Below, piece by piece: positions 23,590 through 33,850 of a stretch of 63,680 nt of DNA. The translations under genes were made by a program, and so were the position numbers. This DNA is from Octopus bimaculoides. Taxonomy: Eukaryota. Below the pieces are notes generated by a model. That model saw only the letters and a list, made by a program, of their open reading frames with translations, was not told where the DNA came from and searched no databases. Where the stretch lies: NCBI RefSeq assembly GCF_001194135.2, contig NC_068983.1:98510142-98573821 (forward strand). Reading direction: 5' to 3'. How positions within the stretch are numbered: position 1 is the first letter of the stretch; every line of letters starts with the position of its first letter.

Positions 23590-23806
23590 CCCTTTGGTTA
23601 AATTGGCCATATCCAGCCTAAATATTCTATCTGTTTTATGTTCAAACAGACCAGATCTGACTTCTTATACCTATCCTACAATATCATGCTAATAACACAC
23701 ACTCACATCTTCAAAATCTCAAAGCTACAAGATAATGCATGATTAATTTAAAACAACGTGAAAAAAAATAAGTATTTCATTTAACAGTAATCTGAATGCT
23801 TAAGGG
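23590..23806. mobile_element. piggyBac-type MITE, copy 2
   Basis: ttaa|cccttt ... gaatgcttaaggg|ttaa; interior homologous to 16356-16574. Confidence 0.75.
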
Positions 23807-23905
23807 TTAAAGAATAGAATTTAGGAAAGGAATTTGCAATAAACTAGCATATACATTGCCACATCATTAAATGTATAAGTACAACTTTGCAAACAGCTCC
23901 ACACT

Positions 23906-24011
23906 GTTAAATTCAGGCAGTACATATACTAAAATTAGAATGATATAGAGAAGATTAGCATGGCCCATGCTTAAGTATGACATACAAATTCATGAAACAT
24001 TCCCTATTTTT
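23906..24011 (+). ncRNA. U6: U6 snRNA pseudogene (near full length)
   Basis: ggcagtacatatactaaaattagaatgatatagagaagattagcatggcccatgc...gacatacaaattcatgaaacattccctattttt aligns by eye to canonical U6; ACAGAGA box mutated to ATAGAGA; many CpG-type transitions. Confidence 0.92.
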
Positions 24012-24054
24012 AAGTATTAAGGCCACCTCCTCTGGTGAAGAAGATTGGCCTGCA

Positions 24055-24291
24055 AGAGTCCTGTGCTGGTGCCACATAAAAAGCACTCATGTCGGTGCCA
24101 TGTAAAAAGCACCCACCACACACTGTAAAGTGTTGGTGTTAGGAAGGGCATCTACCTGTAAAAACCAAGCCAATTCTGACTGGAGCCTGGTGCAGCACTC
24201 CAGCTTGCAGGCTCTGGTTATCTGGTCAAACCATCCAACCCATGCCAGCATGGAAAACGGACATTAAAGGATGATGATGATGACGATGATG
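24055..24291 (+). mobile_element. RTE LINE 3' UTR with (GAT)n tail
   Basis: aaaaagcaccc, gttaggaagggcatc, ccatccaacccatgccagcatggaaaacggacattaa, gatgatgatg. Confidence 0.8.
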
Positions 24292-25430
24292 AAAAAATCT
24301 ACTTTTCTATCAACCAAATGTCCAGTGTACATTATGCTTAGGTCTGCATATTATGCACAAGTACAAAATTTTAAATTTTAGAGTGTTGAGAACAGTGTGT
24401 TATGAAAATTTTTAAAGATTAACTTTTATTCTCTTTAACTACTTCTCTTGATTCTTGTGTTTATTAAATGCTAAGCAAATACAGGCATATCACAACTTAT
24501 ACCATTTCAAGTTATGTCTTTTCAACTTTATGTCATTATTTTTTAAGAGATAGACCTCAACTTCACTTCATTTATTTGACTTTATGAGTATATTTAAAAC
24601 CATAAAAAATTTTTTAAATACCTAATACTTAATACTGCAGCGGAAAACCAAATAAAATGTATGTGAAAATATGTACAAGCCATTTATTAAAACAGATATG
24701 AGCTAATAAATTTTTTTAAATGTTTTTTTCATGTTACATAATTTTTTTTTTCAAGTTAAATTGCATGGCTCAGAACTAATTACTGACATAAGTTGAGGTA
24801 TGTCTGTACTTTGTAAGTTCTATATAACATCTGTTCTTTGTTAGAAGTTCTCTGTAAGTATGCATTGATGAGATACACCCACCTTGGAGAAGACATCATC
24901 AATAGACAAGTCACATTTCAACAATCTCTGTGCTTAATTTTTGAGGTGTGAAAAAAATTAGCACGCTAACATAATGTTAGCGGACAGTTACATGGCTGAC
25001 TGCTTCTGCTGCTGCAGCAATCATACTGTCTCTTAAGATGCATGGTGCTATTTGGAAATACAGAAATCATGTTACATAGTTGTGCATACTCTACAATCAA
25101 TGAGTAATCATCTATATACAGGTTACAATATGATACTTAATATGAACACTTCAAAACATCATTACTCTCGCACAACTGGAGAAAAGCTTCAAATATTAAA
25201 AATAGCTTCAGAATTTTATGACAGTTAATGTGATTATACTGACTAAAATACTAATAATTTGATTAAAAGTTCTAATTGTTCTTACATCTTAAAAGTAGTA
25301 ATAGCAAAATTGCACATTATAAATGAACAGATGTAGTTTTTATTTTTAGCTGGAAATACCCACTGTGCATTATTATTTATATGCATAGAGAAGACTGGCA
25401 GAATCATTAGCTCACCAGAGAAAATGTTTA

Positions 25431-25676
25431 GTGGAGGCACGTGGCTTAGTGGTTAGGGTGTCAGCATCATGATTGTAAGATTGTGGTTTCGATTCCTGGA
25501 CCGGGCGACGTGTTGTGTTCTTGAGCAAAACACTTCGTTTCACGTTGCTCCAGTCCGCTCAGCTGGCAAAAATGAGTAACGCTGCGATGGACTGGCGTCC
25601 CGTCCAGCTGGGGAATGCATACACCATTGAAACCAGGAAACCGGGCCCATGAGCCTGGCTAGGCTTTAAAAGGGCG
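25431..25676 (+). mobile_element. tRNA-derived SINE with V-domain-like segment
   Basis: gtggaggcacgtggcttagtggttaggg head, gtttcgattcc B-box, ctgcgatggactggcgtcccgtccag V-like motif, ggctttaaaagggcg end. Confidence 0.8.
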
Positions 25677-25793
25677 TTGGACAGGGGATCACTCGGCTCG
25701 TCCATCAATGAAGAGTGCGGCTATCCACGTGAACTGATGCGAATTGCAGGACTCAGTGAACATCAACACCTCGAATGCACAAATGCTGCCAAG
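25677..25793 (+). rRNA. 5.8S rRNA-derived fragment (dispersed pseudogene, 5' two-thirds)
   Basis: ggatcactcggctcgtccatcaatgaagagtgcggcta...gcgaattgcaggactcagtgaacatcaacacctcgaatgcac matches conserved 5.8S motifs GGATCACTCGGCTCG, GATGAAGA, GAATTGCAGGAC, TCGAACGCAC; no flanking ITS, 18S or 28S. Confidence 0.88.
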
Positions 25794-25974
25794 GTGGACA
25801 TTGACTTTCATCCATTTGGGATCAATAAAATAAGTCATGTAATGGGATTGATGTAATCAACTAGTCCCCTTCCCCAAAATTTCAGGTCTTTTGCATATAC
25901 TGGAAAGGATAATTATATACATAGGTAAATAGGGTATACATATTACCTTATTATTTCATACACTATTTCAGTAT

Positions 25975-26335
25975 CATCATCATCATCGTTATTTTAATGT
26001 CCACTTTTCCAAGCTTGCATAAGTTGGACAGAGTTTTACACACCACATGTGATGCCTCTTATGCCCAGTTTTTCTCTCAAGGCACTTACGCTCTGTCGCA
26101 CATGCATATTGACATTGCTCATCCAGCAAAGCATACTAACTTCATTTCTTTCAAGCCTTCACATGTCCTCTGTGGTCACAGCCTATGTTTCATGGCCCTG
26201 GAGCATAGCTGTTCACACACAGGCATCATACAGTGTGCCTTTCATTCTGAGGGAGAGGCCCTTTGTTACCAACAGAGATAAAAGGTCCCTGAACTTTGCT
26301 CAGCCTATTCTAATTCTAGTAGCTATGCTCTTAAA
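25975..26335 (-). mobile_element. RTE LINE fragment (RT C-terminal region joined to the tail)
   Basis: Minus strand gives GWAKFRDLLSLLVTKGLSLRMKGTLYDACV*TAML..RLERNEVSML.W.SNV..HVRQSVSALREKLGIRG. Confidence 0.85.
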
Positions 26336-26640
26336 GCATTCACTTTCACTGCTGGCTTGATCACCTAGATAACAGAAGCTATCAACTACTTCTAGGTATC
26401 TCCACTGGCATTTGATGGAGTATATTTTCTGTACATTTCTAGTGTTTATTGTACTTATACATCTGCTACACACAAAGACTGTTTTCTCTGTTAACCTTTC
26501 TCTGATATTGCTGCACCTCTTATGTATCCATAGCTTGTACTGGGTACATCTTATAGAGTTTCTACCTACACCTTTTCTACATATTGAGCAGAGCCATCTA
26601 CCTGAAGGAATTTATGATTTATCAGCTTTCCTACTTACCT

Positions 26641-26785
26641 CCTTTCTGTGGAAGAGCGTAGGCTCGAAACATTAAAAACTTTCTCAATTCCCGAGCGTTA
26701 TACTAATACATCTATTTGTTTTCTACACCACTTGTTTTCTACACCACTTGTCTTCGTCTGTTGTTTTTTTTGTGAATTTTCCCTA
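26641..26785 (+). mobile_element. Short non-coding repeat with a degenerate hammerhead-like motif; partial inverted copy at 32124-32194
   Basis: ctgtgga-a-GAGC-gtag-GCTC-gaaac; gagcgttatactaatacatct..gtcttcgtct..tttttgtgaattt matches the reverse complement of 32124-32194. Confidence 0.55.
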
Positions 26786-27739
26786 TATATATATATATAT
26801 ATATACATACATATANNNNNNNNNNNNNNNNNNNNNNNNNNNNNNNNNNNNNNNNNNNNNNNNNNNNNNNNNNNNNNNNNNNNNNNNNNNNNNNNNNNNN
26901 NNNNNNNNNNNNNNNNNNNNNNNNNNNNNNNNNNNNNNNNNNNNNNNNNNNNNNNNNNNNNNNNNNNNNNNNNNNNNNNNNNNNNNNNNNNNNNNNNNNN
27001 NNNNNNNNNNNNNNNNNNNNNNNNNNNNNNNNNNNNNNNNNNNNNNNNNNNNNNNNNNNNNNNNNNNNNNNNNNNNNNNNNNNNNNNNNNNNNNNNNNNN
27101 NNNNNNNNNNNNNNNNNNNNNNNNNNNNNNNNNNNNNNNNNNNNNNNNNNNNNNNNNNNNNNNNNNNNNNNNNNNNNNNNNNNNNNNNNNNGGAAGGTTT
27201 GGAGGTGATGTACAGGAATTATATTATAGAAAAAAATGAAGCTACTCAGAAATCTAGATGGTTGTACATTTACAGATTTTTATTAATGTGTCACATGTTT
27301 TATAAATCATATAAAGCACTTTTCACCTAGTCTTGTAGGATTTTCAAATTTTTGATTTCACCTTTCGGTGCCGTCTCTTTATATAGTTTTATTGAGTGTG
27401 TAGGGGTGGAGAGAGAGATATATAGGATAGTAAGAGAGGGTGAGGAATGGAGGGAAAAGTGAGAGAGAGAGAGTATCTGTGTGTGTGAGTGTGTGTGTTT
27501 TTGTGTTGGTGTGTGTGTGTGTCTGTGTGCGTGTGTGTGTGTGTGCCTGTGTATCTGAAAGGAGTGTGAATGGGAAAGAGAAAAGAAAATTGTGTCTATA
27601 GCTGGTCAGTTCTTTCAATGATAAGTTTATTCTTGGACTTCTAAAGAAATGGCAAAACCAGGTGGCATTGTTTTGAAGAAAGTTGTTTTTCAAAAAGAAT
27701 ATTTGGTGTCATTGTCTAGTAGGAGAGAGTGTGTGGGTG

Positions 27740-27783
<44 letters not shown>

Positions 27784-27879
27784 TCTGTGTTCGTGCATAT
27801 ATGTGTGCCTGTGTATTTGAAAGGAGTGTTAATGGGAAGAGGAGGGAAGAAGAAGGTTCTGTTTATTTATATATATATA

Positions 27880-28310
27880 TATATAATATATGCATCTGTG
27901 TGTATATCTATGAGTATATATATATATATATGTGTGTGTGTGTATATATATATATGAATCTATATAGGTGTATATATGAGTATATATGCACATATACATA
28001 GGTATATATACAAACATATATATACATACATATATATAGGTATATATACACATATATATGTATGTATATTTACATACATATATGTGTGTGTATATACATA
28101 CATATAAATGTGTATATATACATACTTACATACATATAAATGTGTATATATACATACATATGTGTATATATACATACATAATATATATGTATACCATCCC
28201 TAAGTATAACAAATGTATACACACACACATACATATATACATGCATGTGTGTGTGTGTGTGTGTGTGTGTATTTATGTAAATACAGGCGTATGAAAATAT
28301 ACCCATATAT
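27880..28310. repeat. Long degenerate (TA)/(TG)/(TACA) microsatellite field
   Basis: Direct reading. Confidence 0.9.
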
Positions 28311-28889
28311 ATATAATTAGAAATGTTGTATACATTATAGTGTTTTCTGTTTGTTTACATTAGTATGTAGGCACAATCCACACTTTTTTTTTGTGCATTA
28401 AATAGCTTGACCTCTGCTGAGCTGAAAAAGTTCCAACAAATCCTTCATTATTTGTTCAAGCTATTGCTAAGACCATTTGTGTGTTCTCAACAACTATTTT
28501 GTGCTCAGACAGTAAATGAGGAAGTGTTTCTCTTTCTTTTTCTCTTATTTAACTTGCAAACATCTGACATCACTGTCATCTCTACCAATTTCTTCCACAC
28601 ACTTCTTTCTGTTATATATTCCTACAAGTTAATGATGGAGCAAATTTTCATGGAATCTAAGTTATAACTTAATTATCCATGACTTTTTGTATGTATTTGT
28701 TATCTTTCTCTCAAAGACTTCCTTTTTTGAATTTTATCACTATACTACTTCAGCTTCAGTTCTTCTGATTCTTTTGCTATTTCTTTTTCAAGTGCTTCCA
28801 GTTTTTCTTGTATGTATGCCATTCATTATTCTCTCATCACCAAATTGCATCACTTTTCTGACACCAGGCATTACAACTAATTCTCTTTT

Positions 28890-29077
28890 AACTTTTTCAG
28901 TGCCAACTTGCCTCAGATCACCTTGGTCCTAAGATACAGACTTCCTATTCTAAAGTGATCTAAATTAAGATCTTCCTTCAAAATTTCATAATTAATGTCC
29001 CAAACACCAGCTTGATAACAAAAAAATTATTTCACTAAATTCTTCATTATTTTAAAAATATGGTAACAAAAGGGTTA
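28890..29077. mobile_element. Possible second piggyBac-type MITE family
   Basis: Right end ggtaacaaaaggg|ttaa; left end degenerate ttaa|ctttttcagtgcc. Confidence 0.35.
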
Positions 29078-29963
29078 ATAAGCTATTATTCTTTACTGAT
29101 ATTTTCTCTCTTCTCTTTCTTTCCATATAGAACACATTTTCATTGCCATAGCTTTTGTTTCATGCATACATCTTTCTTACTCTTCACACACATATCTTCT
29201 TCAATAACCTTTTATCACTTGCTTGTTTGCTGAGATGCAAAAATCTTTGTATAAATTAAGATCCAATGGCTTATTTGATTTCAATCGTTAGTAAATACTT
29301 CTAATCTTATCTGCCATTTATCCATCATTTCTTTTATTAGACCAAACACCTATCAGTGCTACACATGTTATCCTATAGCTAATTTAATCTCTCTGACATC
29401 ATATGTGTTCTGTTAATGATGAAGACCCAGGAGTTTCTCTTGCATTTTTTATTTTTTATTTCATCTGTGATAAAATTTATCCATTATCAAAAGATCTAGT
29501 ATACCAAGTACTGCATTGTTTTAATCTTTTAGTCAGTAGACAGCTCAGTGTCTATGACCCTTTACAGGGACCCTGACACTAATAGAAGAGGAAACTTGGC
29601 CTAAGACCTTACTACTGAATAGACCCTGTTAAAAGCACCCAAGGCATCAAGTAGCAGTGTTAAACCAAGCATTGGACTAAGTCAACCACCCAATTAGGCT
29701 ATAGCAGGATTTGAACTCAGAACACAAAGAACTAGAAGAAATACTGCAAGGCACCCAGTCAGATGTTCTTACAGTTTTGCCAGTCCACTACCCTAGATTG
29801 ATATTTCTTTTTTATTAGTTCTAAAAGAATAAAAGATAAAGTTGATATTTGCAGAGATGGAATAACTATTGTGAGTCATTCTACCCAAAGCTTTAACAAT
29901 TTTGTCACTTCACCATATGTTATAAGGTAAACAAATGAAGAACACTGTAGATAATGCTGGTCA

Positions 29964-30345
29964 AAATCTACTATTCCAGAATAAAAAACGAGATGATCAA
30001 GGCTGAAACATATTTCATCATAGAGCTTCCCAATCAGGGCTGACCTAGGGCTAAACAAAAGCAACAACAAAGAATAAGTATTAGATGAATCATTACACAA
30101 TGTTGTCCTATTTATATCTTCTGCAGGAAGGATAGGATAGTTGTAGTTGGAACTGCTAAATCCACTATACCAGAATAAAAAATGAGATGATTGAGGCTGG
30201 AATATATTTCATCATAGGGCTGCCCAATCAGGGCTGACCTAGGGCTAAACAAAAGCAACAACAAAGAATAAGTATTAGATGAATCATTACACAGTGTTGT
30301 CTTTTTATATCCTCTGAAGGAAAGATAGAATAGTTGCAGCTGGAA
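29964..30345 (+). repeat. Diverged tandem duplication, period about 194 bp
   Basis: ccagaataaaaaa.gagatgat..ggctg...atatttcatcatag.gct.cccaatcagggctgacctagggctaaacaaaagcaacaacaaagaataagtattagatgaatcattacac occurs twice. Confidence 0.9.
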
Positions 30346-30536
30346 AACTTGATCATAGGTTTATTCAAACAAGGCTGACGTGGTTTCAAGTAACAACATC
30401 TAGTGGTTGTTTTTTGTTCTATTATTATTCATTATTTTATATCAATGGTTCTTGACCACTTTTTGCCTATGGACCCTTTTGATTCCTATTTTACTCAGGT
30501 GGACCTTCATAAACATCCAATGTTTAAAAAAATCTT

Positions 30537-30695
30537 AGGTGTGGCTGTGTGGTAAGTAGCTTGCTTACCAACCACATGGTTCCAGGCTCAGTCCCACTGC
30601 GTGGCACCTTGGGCAAGTGTCTTCTACTATGGCCTCGGGCTGACCAAAACCTTGTGAGTGGATTTGGTATACGGAAACTGAAAGAAGCCCGTCAA

Positions 30696-30765
<70 letters not shown>

Positions 30766-31550
30766 TTGTGTGTCTGTGTTTGTCCCCGCCAACATCGCTT
30801 GACAACCGATGCTGGTGTGTTTACGTCTCCGTAACTTAGCAGTTCAGCAAAAGAGACCGATAGAATAAGTACTAGGCTTACAAAGAATAAGTCCTGGGGT
30901 CAATTTGCTCGACTAAAGGCGGTGCTCCAGCATGGCCGCAGTCAAATGACTGAAACAAGTAAAAGAGAGTAAAAGAGAGTATAGGCTGTGTGATAAGAAG
31001 CTTCCTTCCCAACCACATGGTTCCAGATTCAGTCCCACTGCATGGCACCTTGGGCAAGTGTCTTTCTATTATAACCTCAGGCTGACCAAAGCCTTGTAAG
31101 TGGATTTGGTAGACAGAAACTGAAAGAAGCCCGTCATATGTATATGTATGCATTTATGTGTGTATGTCTGTGTTTGTCCCCCTGCCATCATTTTGACAAT
31201 TGATGCTGGTGTGTTTATGTCCCCCATAACTTAGCAGTTCATCCAAAGAGACCAATAGAATAAATACTAGGCTTACAAAGAATAAGTCCTTAGGTTGATT
31301 TCTTCAACTAAATCCGTTTAAGCCAGTGCTCCAGCATGGCCACAGTCAAATGACTGAAACAAGTAAAAGAATAAAAGAATGAAAGAATATCTTTATAATT
31401 AAATATTATCAGGAATTAGATAAAAAAAAAAATTGCTAAAAGTATAAGCGATCTATTATCTTTTATCTTTTATTTGTTTCAGTCATTTGACTGCAGCCAT
31501 GCTGGAGCATCACCTTCAAAGATTTTTAGTCAAACAAATTGACCTCAGGG
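30537..31550. mobile_element. Two head-to-tail full SINE A copies (+; 30537-30980, 30981-31384) and an inverted SINE A tail (-; 31457-31550)
   Basis: Family A heads at 30537 and 30983; tails end in aaaagag/aaaagaat; reverse-complement tail follows. Confidence 0.9.
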
Positions 31551-32599
31551 CTTATGACATATAATTTTGTCCGCTTCTTGTTGTTGATGACAATGATTTA
31601 TTTTTTAAAACAAAATGATTACCACAACTTTTCTATGGTGTGTGACTATAACTTTATGGAGAACATGAGTTGTTGTTCACTCCTAATCTGCCTTGATCAG
31701 GCAAACTTATGATCAAAGACATACCAGTGTTGACCAACCCATCTTTTTCCCATATGCATGGAACTTAGAACTGCATAATCCAGTATGTCCTATTTTAACA
31801 TGACAGTGTGCCATTTAAGAGAGATTTGGTTGTTATTTCTTGCAGTTTGGTCAACTACAGGGAGACTCTTATTAGCTGAGGAGGCTACTATCAATATTAC
31901 TTTCTGGTATTTCCTTATCTAGAATTTATTGGTGAAATTTTGAAAAAACATACAGGTGCAGTCATGGTCATGTGGTTAAGATACTTGCTTGGTGCCACTT
32001 GGTTTTGGGTTCAATCCCACCTTGGGCAAGTGTCTTATTCTATATCCCCAAGTCAACCAATGTCTTGTGAGTAGATTTGGTAGAGAGGAACTGTATGGAA
32101 GCTTGTTGTTCATACACATATAGTGAGAATTTACAAAAAAAACAAAAGACGAAGACGGGTGTGTAAGCAACAAACAGATGTATTAGTTTAACGCTAATAG
32201 ATGTATTAGGTAGTAAGTTGAAAGAGAGTTAGCTAGTATTTTTAGCAGATTAAAAAACCACAAAGAGGCTTTCTCTCATTGGTTCAACTTTCAATGGTAG
32301 ATAAGTAAAAGTAGAAGTTTTCACTTTTATTCCTTTGATTCTATGTACTGTGGTGTGCTGTAGCAGTGTATCCTTGTGAATTCTCTACATGACACAAGAG
32401 TCAACAAGTACACATTCACCAATATTTCCCAGTATAAGTCACACAAATAACAAGTAGGTTTTATTCAAACACAACTTAAGAAATTACATCTTGTACATTT
32501 TCCCACAACACAAATAAACTCTGCTTTGCTAATAAATTATTTGATACTCTATATGATTAAGAAACATCATTGTTCTGCAATAATCTTAAAATTACAATT

Positions 32600-33058
32600 C
32601 AATTGCCAAACAATTGCATAAGTTTGCTTCCCAACCAGATGATTTCAGTCTTGCTCCTAGGTACCTTGGGGAAGTGTCTTCTACTATAGCCCTGGATTTG
32701 GTAGATGGAAACTGAAAGAAGCTTGAGGTGTGTGTGTGTGTGTGTGTGTGTGTGNNNNNNNNNNNNNNNNNNNNNNNNNNNNNNNNNNNNNNNNNNNNNN
32801 NNNNNNNNNNNNNNNNNNNNNNNNNNNNNNNNNNNNNNTCTCTCTCTCTCTCTCTCTCTCTTTTTATTTGTGCCTGTCCCCTACCACTGCTGACAACCTG
32901 TGCTTGTTTTCATTCCTGTAACTTAGCTGTTCGGCAAAAAGAACAACAGAATAAATATCAAGCTTAAAATAAGTACTGGAATTTTGTTTGACTAAAAATT
33001 CTTGAAAACGGTGCCCCAGCATGGCTGTGGTCTTATGACTGAAACAAGTAAAAGAAAG
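32600..33058 (+). mobile_element. SINE family A, diverged, with gap 32755-32838 in its internal microsatellite
   Basis: Head and tail motifs of family A. Confidence 0.75.
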
Positions 33059-33129
33059 ATGAAAAATGAATGAAAGAACACAAGATATTATTTGTAATCT
33101 TTTACCTCTTACTTGTTTGCCAGAATCAT

Positions 33130-33850
33130 CATCAATGATGATTCTGGAAAATCAGCAAGGAGCTTCAGTTGCTGGAGTGGACTGTCAGAACTCTGGTGTA
33201 GAGGATATTCAATACAAGTTGTACATACCAAGGAAAGGCCAATTTAATGTTTGCAAAGACACAGGAAAATTGTTTGCTCCATGCCATGTGGTAACTTACC
33301 AAAGTTAAATTCCCTTATGAACAAGGTTCTTCTCTAATGAGGAAAATTTCAACCAAGACCAAAAGTCTAAGAGGAGAAATGACAGATGGTTATGTGAGGA
33401 CCTTTCTGATGTCCCCAGAGTGATGTGCATTAAAATTCTAGCTACTGCATGGTGAGTAACAAAAATCATGCCATGCCACCTTTCCACAGAGGTCTTACAA
33501 TTAATGCTGTTGGATACATTTAGTTGCTGAAGACAGTTGTTAAGCCCTGAATGGATTAAGTACATAGAAGAGCCCATGCAACCCAAGAATGGATGTCAAA
33601 CAATCTTTATGATCATGTAACACCACACTTTATAACCTCCAAATTTACCACATTTAAATCCCATGGACTACTATGTTTGGAGTGTTGTTGAATGGAGACT
33701 AATCACCATCCTCATAATACCGTAGTTTCTCCTGAAGGCTGCCATTGTCCAGATGATGACTAAAATTAATAGAGACTATTTAGTACAGGCATATCAATGA
33801 TTCTGGCCCTACACTGAAGCAGTCATCACAGCTTGAGGTCAATTCATAGA
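33130..33850 (+). mobile_element. Degenerate Tc1/mariner-superfamily transposase relic
   Basis: Frameshifted translation gives EDIQYKLY..RKGQF, FFS(N)EENFNQDQK..RRNDRWLCEDLSDVPRVM, PPNLPHLNPMDYYVWSVVE..TNHHPHNT..LKAAIVQMM..IN; region of the second catalytic Asp is deleted. Confidence 0.85.

Larger units (their letters stand above)
25392..25895 (+). mobile_element. SINE family B split by a nested insertion (head 25392-25430, body about 25781-25895)
   Basis: agactggcagaatcattagctcaccagagaaaatgttta matches the B head; gccaaggtggacattgactttcatcc..gatcaataaaataagt..ccccaaaatttcagg matches the B body and tail. Confidence 0.65.

Noticed and set aside
23906-24011. Functional U6 gene
   Set aside because: ACAGAGA box is mutated, many CpG transitions are present, and no evident TATA/PSE lies upstream.
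24883-24927. Possible 45-nt minus-strand exon RLLKCDLSIDDVFSK
   Set aside because: Weak acceptor, phase does not join the 19654 candidate, and no family recognised.
25677-25895. A 5.8S-headed SINE family
   Set aside because: The SINE B head is present upstream at 25392-25430, so the 5.8S piece is better explained as an insertion into a SINE B copy; kept only as a testable alternative.
27285-27330. Stem plus ACATGT palindrome resembling a hammerhead remnant (minus strand)
   Set aside because: Core reads GUGAAAA and GAAA is missing; too degenerate to call.
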